DNA from: Micromonas sp.
Lineage: Eukaryota
NCBI GenBank assembly: GCA_000090985.2
Contig: CP001577.1
Span: forward strand, 868,925 to 900,924
Length of the DNA stretch: 32,000 nucleotides
Direction of reading: 5' to 3'
In this document: one piece after another, positions 25,303 through 32,000 of the stretch
How the letters are laid out: each line of letters opens with the position of its first letter
Numbering within the stretch: position 1 is the stretch's first letter
The notes under the pieces: generated by a model
The model's input: the letters and a program-made list of their open reading frames with translations, nothing else
Told to the model about the DNA's origin: nothing
Database searches by the model: none
Program-made: the position numbers and the translations under genes

Positions 25303-25991
25303 CGACGCGCCGCGACGCGACGGAAGGTGGGTCCTGGGCCGTGGCTCTTAGATGTTCGCCGAACGTCGCGCGTGTGCAGTGTTCAAAAAGACGCAGCGGG
25401 CTCGTTGACACCCTAGGCGAGGATACTCGCCTAGCGTACTGGTGACTTCTGTCCACTGAGACTGGCCCGCTGAGTCTTCCAAAAGCGGTACACTGGACAC
25501 GCGCGATCACGCACGGCAAGAGCCGCGGTCGAGGACCCATCTCCCGTCGCACCCCCGAGGACTCACGCGCTCTTGTTCTGTTTCACTGTGTTGAATAAAC
25601 CAAGGAAAAACCCAAAAAAAAACCGACGCGTCCACCGCGCAAACAGCGCGAATAGTGTAAATCGGATTCGGAGTTCCTCGTTTCCCAACCGCGCAACCGC
25701 TCGTGATTGAGAGCAGCGCGCGCGGAAACGCGGCGAGATTGACCGCGTTCGCGGTTTAATAACCCCTCGATCTCTGCGGTTGTTTCGACCCGGGAAATTT
25801 CCCGTTGTGGGAAAATTCGCGGTGCAAATTGAGCTCGGTTGCCCAGTCACCTTCTTTTTTCCCGGCCGAAACCAACCCTATCCGCTATCTGAGAAAAGTA
25901 AAAAAACAAGATGATGTGCCACCTCGGCGGGCAGAACCCACCGGCGCACGCTCGGCGGCTCACTCTCTTTCCACCGATCACACCGATCACA

Positions 25992-27386
25992 ATGCAGACC
26001 ATCGCCTCCCGCAGCGCGATCATCGGCCAGCGCGTCACCGCGCGCCCCTCCGGCAAGACCTCCAAGTCGGCTGTCCGCCAGCCGATCAAGGTGAACGCCG
26101 TGCAGACCCTGCAGTCCGGCCAGGGCATGATGGTCGACCCCGACCAGTACGACGACGACGCCAACCGCGGCCGCGGCTCCGGATTCGTCGCCAGGCCCGC
26201 GGGCCAGCGCGTCTCCTCCTCCTCCGCCTCCTACAGCGCCGCCGCGAGGCCCTCCCGCGTCGTCCGCGCTCCCGACGGCGTCACCTACGACCCGGATCAG
26301 TACGACCCGGACGCCAACGTCCGCTCCTCCGGCGCCATCTACTCGCCTCCCGCGGCGCAGCTCGTCAACGACCTTCAGGCCCCCGCGGGTGCCGGCCAGG
26401 TGACCCGCGCCGAGGTCCAGGCGTGCCAGGACTTCTGGGCCAAATCCATCGTGGACATCTCGGCCTCGTTCCTCCAGGGCGGCGACTACGTCGGCCTCGC
26501 GGGCGCGCGCGCGGGTGAGCTCTACGGCTACGGCAACTGCAACGTGCTCTTCAAGCCCACCAAGGCTGCGCAGCACCCCTTCAGGCCCACCGCCAACGAC
26601 GCCATGTCCTACTTCGTGGGCCACGACGCCGTCGCGGGCGGCTACAACGAGGACCACGGCTTTGCCATCAACGCGAAGAAGGGCTTCTCCAAGGTTGTCT
26701 TCAAGAACCACCAGATCGACTGCCACTCCCAGGTGGCGCTCGCCATGGGCACCTACGAGTTCACCTGCGCCACCACCGGCGCCGTCTCCGAGGTTGAGTA
26801 CACCTTCGGCTACAAGCGCTGCCCCGACGGCAAGGTTCGCATCTGCCTCCACCACTCCTCCATCCCCTACGGCGGCGGCGCCGCGGCTCCCGCCACCGGC
26901 GCGGTGACCAAGGAGGACGTCATGAAGGCTCAGGACTTCTGGGCGCAGTCCATCTGCGACATCTCCAGGACCTACCTCCAGGGCGGTGACTACGTCGGCC
27001 TCGCGGGCCAGCGCGCGGGCGAGCTCTACGGCTACGGCCACTCCAACGTGCTCTTCAAGCCCACCAAGGCTGCGGAGTACCAGTTCCGCCCCACTGCCAA
27101 CGAGGCCATGTCCTACTTCGTCGGCGGCAACGCGGTCCCGGGCGGCTACTCGGAGGACCACGGCTTCGCCATCAACTCCGGCAAGGGCTTCTCCAGGGTT
27201 GTCTTCAAGAACCACCAGATTGACTGCCACGGCGACGTCGCGCTCGCCATGGGCACCTACGACTTCACCTGCGCCACCACCGGCGCCGTGTCCACCGTCG
27301 AGTACACCTTCGGCTACAAGCGCAACTCCGACGGCAAGTGCCGCATCTGCCTCCACCACTCCTCCATCCCCTACGGCGCCCACTAA
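25992..27386 (+). CDS. Candidate iota-class carbonic anhydrase (COG4337 / LCIP63-like, SnoaL/NTF2-like fold) with two tandem catalytic-type domains and a plastid-type N-terminus.
   Basis: Two ~157-aa domains lie at nt 26400..26870 and 26904..27374. Each has the pattern DFWA.SI.DIS..(F/Y)LQGGDYVGLAG.RAGELYGYG..NVLFKPTKAA...FRPTAN(D/E)AMSYFVG....GGY.EDHGFAIN..KGFS.VVFKNHQIDCH..VALAMGTY(E/D)FTCATTGAVS.VEYTFGYKR..DGK.RICLHHSSIPY. The FKPTKA, SYFVG, EYTFGY and terminal HHSS elements match what I remember of the iota-CA / COG4337 family. The N-terminus MQTIASRSAIIGQRVTARPSGKTSKSAVRQPIKVNAVQ looks like a transit peptide. An upstream in-frame ATG ATG at 25911 is an alternative start. Confidence 0.62.
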   Translation: MQTIASRSAIIGQRVTARPSGKTSKSAVRQPIKVNAVQTLQSGQGMMVDPDQYDDDANRGRGSGFVARPAGQRVSSSSASYSAAARPSRVVRAPDGVTYDPDQYDPDANVRSSGAIYSPPAAQLVNDLQAPAGAGQVTRAEVQACQDFWAKSIVDISASFLQGGDYVGLAGARAGELYGYGNCNVLFKPTKAAQHPFRPTANDAMSYFVGHDAVAGGYNEDHGFAINAKKGFSKVVFKNHQIDCHSQVALAMGTYEFTCATTGAVSEVEYTFGYKRCPDGKVRICLHHSSIPYGGGAAAPATGAVTKEDVMKAQDFWAQSICDISRTYLQGGDYVGLAGQRAGELYGYGHSNVLFKPTKAAEYQFRPTANEAMSYFVGGNAVPGGYSEDHGFAINSGKGFSRVVFKNHQIDCHGDVALAMGTYDFTCATTGAVSTVEYTFGYKRNSDGKCRICLHHSSIPYGAH

Positions 27387-27560
27387 GCTATTCATCCAAC
27401 GCCAATAGCGGATGAAGAGCCGTAGCGCCCGTATATACAAAGTGTTATTACGAACAGATTTTTGTTGCTTTGCGTAAACCCGTCTTCGCCTCCACTGCGC
27501 TTTCGCGTCGATGTGCGTCGTATTAAAATGAACCCTAACACACCGCCAATGAACCCAAAC

Positions 27561-28226
27561 TCACGCCTTGACGAGCATGCACACGGTGTGGCACGCGATG
27601 CTCCTGTTCTCGCCGAGCGAGTCCACCTTCTCGTGCGTCTTCGCCTTGACGTTCACCAGCCCCTCGTCGCACTCCAGCAGCTTGGCGAGGTTCTCCTTGA
27701 TGGCCTTCTTGTGCGGGGAGATCTTGGGCCGCTGCGCGATGATGGTGCAGTCGATGTTGCCCATCTCGTACCCGGAGTCCCGCATCAAACGCACCGCCTC
27801 CTTGATGAACACGTCGCTCGTGCACCCCTTCCACTTAGGGTCGTTGTCGGGGAAGCACTGCCCGATGTCCGGCAACCCGAGCGCGCCGGTGATTGCGTCG
27901 AAGACGCAGTGGAGGAGCACGTCGCCGTCGGAGTGCGCGACGCACCCGCGATCGTGCTCGAGCTTGATCCCGCCGAGCCAGAGCTCGAGATCGGGCATCT
28001 CGGAGAGGAGCTCCATGCGGTGGAGGTCGAAGCCGTGGCCGACCCTCATCGGGACGGGCTTGACGTCGAGGACCTCGCCGGTGGCGAGCTTCACCGCGCG
28101 CGTCGCGACGGAGCGGCGGCGAGCGGCGGCGGCGGGACCCGCGGCGGGCCGGCTGACGCGCCCGTGGGTGGTCTTTGCGACCGCGCGGGTCACCATCACC
28201 GCTGAGGCGGCGCACGCGGCGGACAT
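27561..28226 (-). CDS. ISPF: 2-C-methyl-D-erythritol 2,4-cyclodiphosphate synthase (MEP pathway), plastid-targeted.
   Basis: MRVGHGFDLHRM.......LWLGGIKLEHDRGCVAHSDGDVLLHCVFDAITGALGLPDIGQCFPDNDPKWKGCTSDVFIKEAVRLM...GYEMGNIDCTIIAQRPKISPHK matches the IspF signature (G.G.D.H......L.LGGV.I......AHSDGDV..HA..DA..GA....DIG..FP.....KG..S). The ATG is at 28226 and there is a ~55-aa transit-like leader. Confidence 0.93.
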   Translation of the reverse strand: MSAACAASAVMVTRAVAKTTHGRVSRPAAGPAAAARRRSVATRAVKLATGEVLDVKPVPMRVGHGFDLHRMELLSEMPDLELWLGGIKLEHDRGCVAHSDGDVLLHCVFDAITGALGLPDIGQCFPDNDPKWKGCTSDVFIKEAVRLMRDSGYEMGNIDCTIIAQRPKISPHKKAIKENLAKLLECDEGLVNVKAKTHEKVDSLGENRSIACHTVCMLVKA

Positions 28227-28665
28227 CAGGACCGCTAACAGTTGGATGGGAGGACGACCGTCACGAGACTGCGCGCCCGATTGCGCTATCTGCTATCCGC
28301 GGTGGGATGGGCTCGGAGCGGACGAAGATTCGTTTGCCAGGCGGGCAGGGCGCGCCATATGACAAATCCCGCACCGAGATCGCCAAACGGGATCTCTATC
28401 CTATGCGCGCCAGTCACAAAAATCCAAACGTAAAAAGATCTTTTTGGTTTTGAGAGGCCCTGCTCGTACCCGCGTTTCGTCCTATTTGGCAATTTTCTCG
28501 AGAATGCATCGGACGCGGTGAGGCGCGCCACACACACACGCGCGCGCGTCGCTTCCCGCACGCCGACCAACCTCCCGAGCTTTCCCCAAAGTCTCGCGGA
28601 CCCCTACCTAAACCTTCCGCACCGAAGGCTTCACCCCCACACCCGCACACGGAATCAACGCAAAT

Positions 28666-29526
28666 ATGGCCGCGACGCGACTCTCGCTCAACACCGCCAG
28701 CTTCGCGCCCTCGCGCGTCGCTCGCCCCGCCGGACGGTGCGTCCCTTCGAAATCGCCACCCTCCCGGATCCCGCGTTCATTCGCGTCTCATCGCGCGTTT
28801 TGGCGGGTCCGCCGCGGCGCGAGCGCGAGTACGCGTCGCGCCGCGACGAGAGAACTCCCCCGCACCTCACGCGGGAGATCCCAGCCTCGTCGTTGCGTCG
28901 AGACTCTCGATCTTTTTTGCCCTAGGTGCTGACGAGGCCGGCCCCGCTCTCCCCGACAGTCGCGCCATGAGGTGCAACGCCGCCGCCAAGGGCATCCAGG
29001 GCGACGGAAAGGTCCAGCTGTGCATTTCCAAGGAGCAGTTCGACGCCATCAACGACAAGGCCGGCGACTCGCTGGTGCGCACCCCCCCTTATCTTCCTCC
29101 CCAACTGTTCTCCCAAGACGGTTGCACCCGCAAAACGTGGTCTATTTGTCATAAATCGTCAACTCGACCGGACCGAACGAACCCCCGCGCTCACCACGCG
29201 CCCGCCCGACCCAAACTCGAAAACAAAAACAGGTGGCGGTGCAGATCTCCACGAAGACGTGCGGCCCGTGCAAGGTCGTCTACCCCTACTTCGCGGGCCT
29301 GTCCGAGGAGCTCCCGGCCGTGAGTTTTGTGAAGATCATGGGCGACCACGACGCGGACACCAGGGCTCTCATGAAGGAGTGGGGCGTGCGAGTGGTGCCG
29401 CTGTTCATGCTGTTCCGCAACGGCGAGAAGGTGACCGAGTGGTCCGGTGCCAAGCCCGAGGTGCTCAGGGAGAACGTCATCGAGGCGTGCAACGACAAGG
29501 AGAAGGCCACCATGGTCACCGCGTGA
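28666..29526 (+). CDS. Thioredoxin f-like protein with an atypical TCGPC active site, plastid-targeted. Exons are 28666..28736, 28960..29074 and 29233..29526.
   Basis: The spliced product is MAATRLSLNTASFAPSRVARPAGRRAMRCNAAAKGIQGDGKVQLCISKEQFDAINDKAGDSLVAVQISTKTCGPCKVVYPYFAGLSEELPAVSFVKIMGDHDADTRALMKEWGVRVVPLFMLFRNGEKVTEWSGAKPEVLRENVIEACNDKEKATMVTA. It aligns with spinach Trx f as I remember it (GKVTEVNKDTF..IV..AGDKPVVLDMFTQWCGPCK..APKYE.L.EEY.DVIFLKLDCNQENKTLAKELGIRVVPTFKILK....VGEVTGAKYDKLLEAI). Total length is 71 + 115 + 294 = 480 nt = 160 codons. All junctions keep the frame. Confidence 0.78.
28737..28959 (+). other. Intron 1 (223 nt) of the thioredoxin-like gene.
   Basis: The donor is ACG|GTGCGT at 28737 and the acceptor is CCCCGACAG| ending at 28959. 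A GCTGACG branch-like motif lies about 30 nt upstream of the acceptor. The split codon CG|T (Arg) is restored. This intron is supported only by frame logic and the transit-peptide-like exon 1. Confidence 0.55.
29075..29232 (+). other. Intron 2 (158 nt) of the thioredoxin-like gene.
   Basis: The donor is CTG|GTGCGC at 29075 and the acceptor is AAAAACAG| ending at 29232. A GCTCAC branch-like motif is present. Splicing joins ...AGDSL to VAVQISTKTCGPCK, restoring the beta1 to active-site spacing expected in a thioredoxin fold. Confidence 0.8.
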
Positions 29527-29723
29527 GGCGAGGCTCGCGGCGGCGATTGCTCATCGGCGAATGATTGATTCGACGACGACGACGCGCGCCGGTGAAAACA
29601 CACGTAAAGAAAGCGGTTGACAGAGACACCCTGTATTAGTACCAAGTAAGACCCGCGTCCGTTGATCGTTCTCTACGCGTCACTCGTGCATTACAAGGCG
29701 CCTAATCACGCGTCCGTTTCGTC

Positions 29724-31529
29724 TCAGAGCACGCTCCTGAACTCGTTGGTCGGGATCTTCCCGCCCTTCATGTGATCCTTCACCTCGGAGATGTCCACCT
29801 CGCCGCGATGGAAGATCCCCGCCGCGAGCGCCGCGCTGCACTTCGTCGCGTTGAACACGTCCGTGAAGTGCTTCGGCTCCCCCGCGCCAGACGACGCGAT
29901 CACCGGGATGGTCACCGCGTCGGCGACGAGTCCCACGAGCTCGTGGTCGAACCCGTTCCCTTGCCCGTCCTCGTCGATGCAGTTGAGCAAAATCTCTCCG
30001 CACCCGAGATCCTCCATCGCGATCGCCAACTCGTACGCGCCGATGTCCCGGCCCTCCCGCCCGCCCTTCACGGTGCACTGGAACCACACGTACTCCTCGC
30101 CGTTCGGACCCGGCCGCGACGTCTTGATGCACCTGTTCTTAGTCTCCGAGGGGTCGGCGACGTACGCCCGCCGCGGGTCGATGGACACGACCATCGCCTG
30201 CACGCCGTATCGCTCGCTGATCTGCTCGATGCTCGTGCACCCGTCTTTTTTCTTGTCGTTGGCGTAGTACTGCTCGGCGACGTACACGGCGTCGGAGCCG
30301 ATGGAGACCTTATCCGCGCCAGCCTTGAAGTACGCCGCCGCCACCTCCAGCGCGGTGTAGGACACGCCGTTGGAGTCGGTGAAATCTCGAATGCCGCCGC
30401 CCACGGTGAGGGGAACGAAGACCGTCTCGGACGACCTTCGCAGCACCTCGAGCATGGGCGCGTCCGTCAGCGGCAGGTCCCTGTATCCCGTGATGTTCAG
30501 GAACGCCACCTCGTCCGCGCCCTGCTTGAAGTACTTGCCCGCGAGCTCGACGGGTTTGCCGAGGTTGCGCACGTCGTTCCCGTCATCCTTCTCTCGAACG
30601 TCGTAGGAATCCCCCTTGGTCACCACCAGGTCCCCCGCGTCGTTGGACCTGACGTCGAGGCACGCGATGACGCGCTTGGCGAGGCCGAGGTCGTCCGTGT
30701 CCGCGGCGAGTTTGGTCTTCGCCCGGCCCGCGCCCCGCTCCTCGGTGTCGCCCTCGAGGAAGTTTCGAAAGATGGACAGTCCCTTCTCGCCAGACTTCTC
30801 CGGGTGAAATTGGCACGCCATCACCTCGCCCTTCTGCACCGCCGCGATGAACTCCCCGCCGTACTCGCACGTCGCCAGCACCCAGTCCTCGTTGGCGACG
30901 TCCGGGGTGGCGCGGTACGAGTGGACAAAGTACAGCCTGTCCCCGGGTGGGACGTCGGCCATGAGCCCGGTGTCGCGCTTAAAGTCCAGGGTGTTCCATC
31001 CGATGTGCGGGACGACGAGGCCGTCGCCGCGGAACTTGCCCACGACGCCGGGGATGATGCCGAGGCCCTCCACCCCTCCGCTCTCCTCGCTGCCGTCGAA
31101 CAGCAGCTGCAGGCCGAGGCAGACGCCCATGAACGGCTTGCCGGACGCGACGTAGTCCTTGATGGGGTCGACGAGCCCGCGCGACGTGAGGACGTCCATG
31201 GCGGACCCGTACGCGCCGACGCCCGGGAAGATGAGCTTGTCCGCGGCGGCGATGCCCGCGGGGTCGTCCACGGACTTGACCGTGAAGCCCAGGGCTTGGA
31301 TGGCGTTGCGAACGCTCCGAACGTTGCCGGCGCCGTAGTCCAGGAGGGTCACCTCCCCTCGGCTCTCGGCGGCGAAGACGCGGATCGGGCCGGGCGCGCG
31401 GATGGCGCCGCGAGACGCGGGGCGGACGCGCACGGCCGCGCGGCGGGCGAGCGCGCGAGGGGCGCGCCGCTCGAACTGCGCCCGCGCGGCGAGCGGCGGC
31501 GCGGGGGTGGTGACGGACGTCGCGATCAT
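29724..31529 (-). CDS. HISN4: Imidazole glycerol phosphate synthase, a fused HisH (glutaminase) and HisF (cyclase) protein (yeast HIS7 / Arabidopsis HISN4 type), plastid-targeted.
   Basis: The HisH part reads VTLLDYGAGNVRSVRNAIQALGF...LIFPGVGAYG...GKPFMGVCLGLQLLF...VPHIGWN...FVHSY...QFHPEKSG. The HisF part reads RVIACLDVR...LVVTKGDSYDVRE...VRNLGKPVELAGKYF.QGADEVAFLNIT...VFVPLTVGGGIR...ADKVSIGSDAV...VVSIDPRR...WFQCTVKGGREGRDIGAYELA...EDLGCGEILLNCIDEDGQGNGFD..L.......VTIPVIASSGAG...F. The first ATG is at 31529; the track start at 31535 is GTG. Confidence 0.93.
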   Translation of the reverse strand: MIATSVTTPAPPLAARAQFERRAPRALARRAAVRVRPASRGAIRAPGPIRVFAAESRGEVTLLDYGAGNVRSVRNAIQALGFTVKSVDDPAGIAAADKLIFPGVGAYGSAMDVLTSRGLVDPIKDYVASGKPFMGVCLGLQLLFDGSEESGGVEGLGIIPGVVGKFRGDGLVVPHIGWNTLDFKRDTGLMADVPPGDRLYFVHSYRATPDVANEDWVLATCEYGGEFIAAVQKGEVMACQFHPEKSGEKGLSIFRNFLEGDTEERGAGRAKTKLAADTDDLGLAKRVIACLDVRSNDAGDLVVTKGDSYDVREKDDGNDVRNLGKPVELAGKYFKQGADEVAFLNITGYRDLPLTDAPMLEVLRRSSETVFVPLTVGGGIRDFTDSNGVSYTALEVAAAYFKAGADKVSIGSDAVYVAEQYYANDKKKDGCTSIEQISERYGVQAMVVSIDPRRAYVADPSETKNRCIKTSRPGPNGEEYVWFQCTVKGGREGRDIGAYELAIAMEDLGCGEILLNCIDEDGQGNGFDHELVGLVADAVTIPVIASSGAGEPKHFTDVFNATKCSAALAAGIFHRGEVDISEVKDHMKGGKIPTNEFRSVL

Positions 31530-31787
31530 GGCCACGAGCGGTGTGGTCCTTGGACGGCGGCGATCTGTCGTCCGTGTTTATCCCTAAACCCCGAACCGCC
31601 GAAATACCGAAAGGTCGTGTTTCCTCGGTCTAACTGTTCACCATAGCGAAGGGTGTGCGCTGATTCCGTGCGCGTAGCTCACTGTTTGCGTGTGCAAATG
31701 TGTGAATCACTAACCGCAAACTGATGCACGTTGAAAACGACGCGAAGGCGAAGGCGGCACCTCTCCCGTGGCACGAAGCACTCCTGC

Positions 31788-32000
31788 ATGCTCGGGGTCG
31801 CCGTGGGCGCGAGGCGGGGACTGGCGGGTTCGGCGGCCGGTCTTCGGAGAGGCGGCACGCGCATCGCCGCGGCGCTCCTCTCCGACGGAATATCCACCCT
31901 CGCGCGCCGCCCCGCCGCCCTCCCGCGGCCGAGGACCTCGCATCCGCGCGCGTCCTCGATGGATTTTCTCGAGGGGTTCCGCCTCGGCGCGACGCGGGAG
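31788..32000 (+). CDS. Possible 5' end of an unidentified gene that runs off the right window edge.
   Basis: An ATG at 31788 opens a frame that stays open to nt 32000 (MLGVAVGARRGLAGSAAGLRRGGTRIAAALLSDGISTLARRPAALPRPRTSHPRASSMDFLEGFRLGATRE). It looks like a presequence and is divergent from the HisHF gene. A second frame, from the ATG at 31724, is also open to the edge, so the frame choice is unresolved. Confidence 0.3.
   Translation, partial: MLGVAVGARRGLAGSAAGLRRGGTRIAAALLSDGISTLARRPAALPRPRTSHPRASSMDFLEGFRLGATRE

Noticed and set aside
28433-28446. A 14-bp palindrome AAAAAGATCTTTTT and the nearby GAGATC...GATCTC inverted repeat in the IspF/Trx divergent spacer.
   Set aside because: They are real in the sequence but short and AT-rich, and similar palindromes arise easily. 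I had no second copy or positional argument to raise them above background.
3550-31529. An apparent enrichment of plastid-function genes (PTOX, FZL, CA-like, IspF, Trx f-like, HisHF), considered as a functional gene cluster or operon-like system.
   Set aside because: The genes are on both strands with their own promoters. They are interleaved with flagellar, DNA-repair, replication and Golgi genes, and belong to unrelated pathways. A large share of nuclear genes in a green alga encode plastid proteins, so chance co-occurrence is expected.
31582-31588. Single CCCTAAA telomere unit upstream of HisHF, and AACCCTAA at 27534..27541, considered as telo-box promoter elements.
   Set aside because: Single 7-8-mers are expected by chance several times in 64 kb of two-strand sequence. 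Only the triple repeat at 10679..10699 is statistically notable.
1-32000. A prokaryotic interpretation of the window (operons, defence islands, toxin-antitoxin, phage or integrative elements).
   Set aside because: Spliceosomal introns with GT..AG borders are needed to restore several conserved proteins. The window also has eukaryote-only genes (axonemal dynein, CFAP298, POLA2, REV7, U-box) and eukaryotic-type tRNAs with oligo-T terminators. I saw no integrase, transposase or recombinase signature in any frame.

Overview
This window reads as a gene-dense, G+C-rich eukaryotic nuclear segment, not a prokaryotic locus. The genes are monocistronic and sit on both strands with very short spacers. 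There are six short spliceosomal introns (69-223 nt) and two cytoplasmic-type tRNA genes followed by oligo-T Pol III terminators. Gene content mixes flagellar and plastid functions. Together these point to a flagellated prasinophyte green alga (Mamiellophyceae, Micromonas-like); that assignment is my inference, not a search result.

I support about 20 protein-coding genes:
- axonemal dynein heavy chain (5' part)
- REV7/MAD2L2
- plastid terminal oxidase
- CFAP298/FBB18
- a BOD1/Shg1-like protein
- a GDA1/CD39 apyrase
- a POT/PTR2 peptide transporter
- a GT10 fucosyltransferase
- DNA polymerase alpha subunit B
- an FZL dynamin-like GTPase
- a U-box + LRR protein
- a CBSX3-like CBS protein
- a two-domain iota-type (COG4337/LCIP63-like) carbonic anhydrase candidate
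- IspF
- a thioredoxin f-like protein with a TCGPC active site
- fused HisH-HisF IGP synthase
- several unknowns

The RNA genes are tRNA-Glu(UUC) and tRNA-Trp(CCA). The ORF track uses alternative start codons (GTG/TTG) and omits open-ended ORFs, so I moved starts to the first in-frame ATG and rebuilt exon joins by hand; every proposed splice keeps the reading frame. Many very long ORFs in the track are antisense or out-of-frame artefacts of the stop-poor GC-rich sequence. I saw no CRISPR array, rRNA or recognisable transposon.

The items most worth follow-up are:
- the tandem-duplicated iota-CA-like gene behind an unusually long low-GC upstream region
- the U-box/LRR fusion, whose 69-bp repeats are nearly identical at the DNA level
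- a ~2-kb low-GC island (17.15-19.2 kb) holding tRNA-Trp, a small strongly codon-biased membrane protein and compositionally atypical ORFs
- the W-less thioredoxin f-like gene
- an interstitial telomere-type (TTTAGGG)3 repeat

All family assignments come from reading the translations and from memory. No database search was run.
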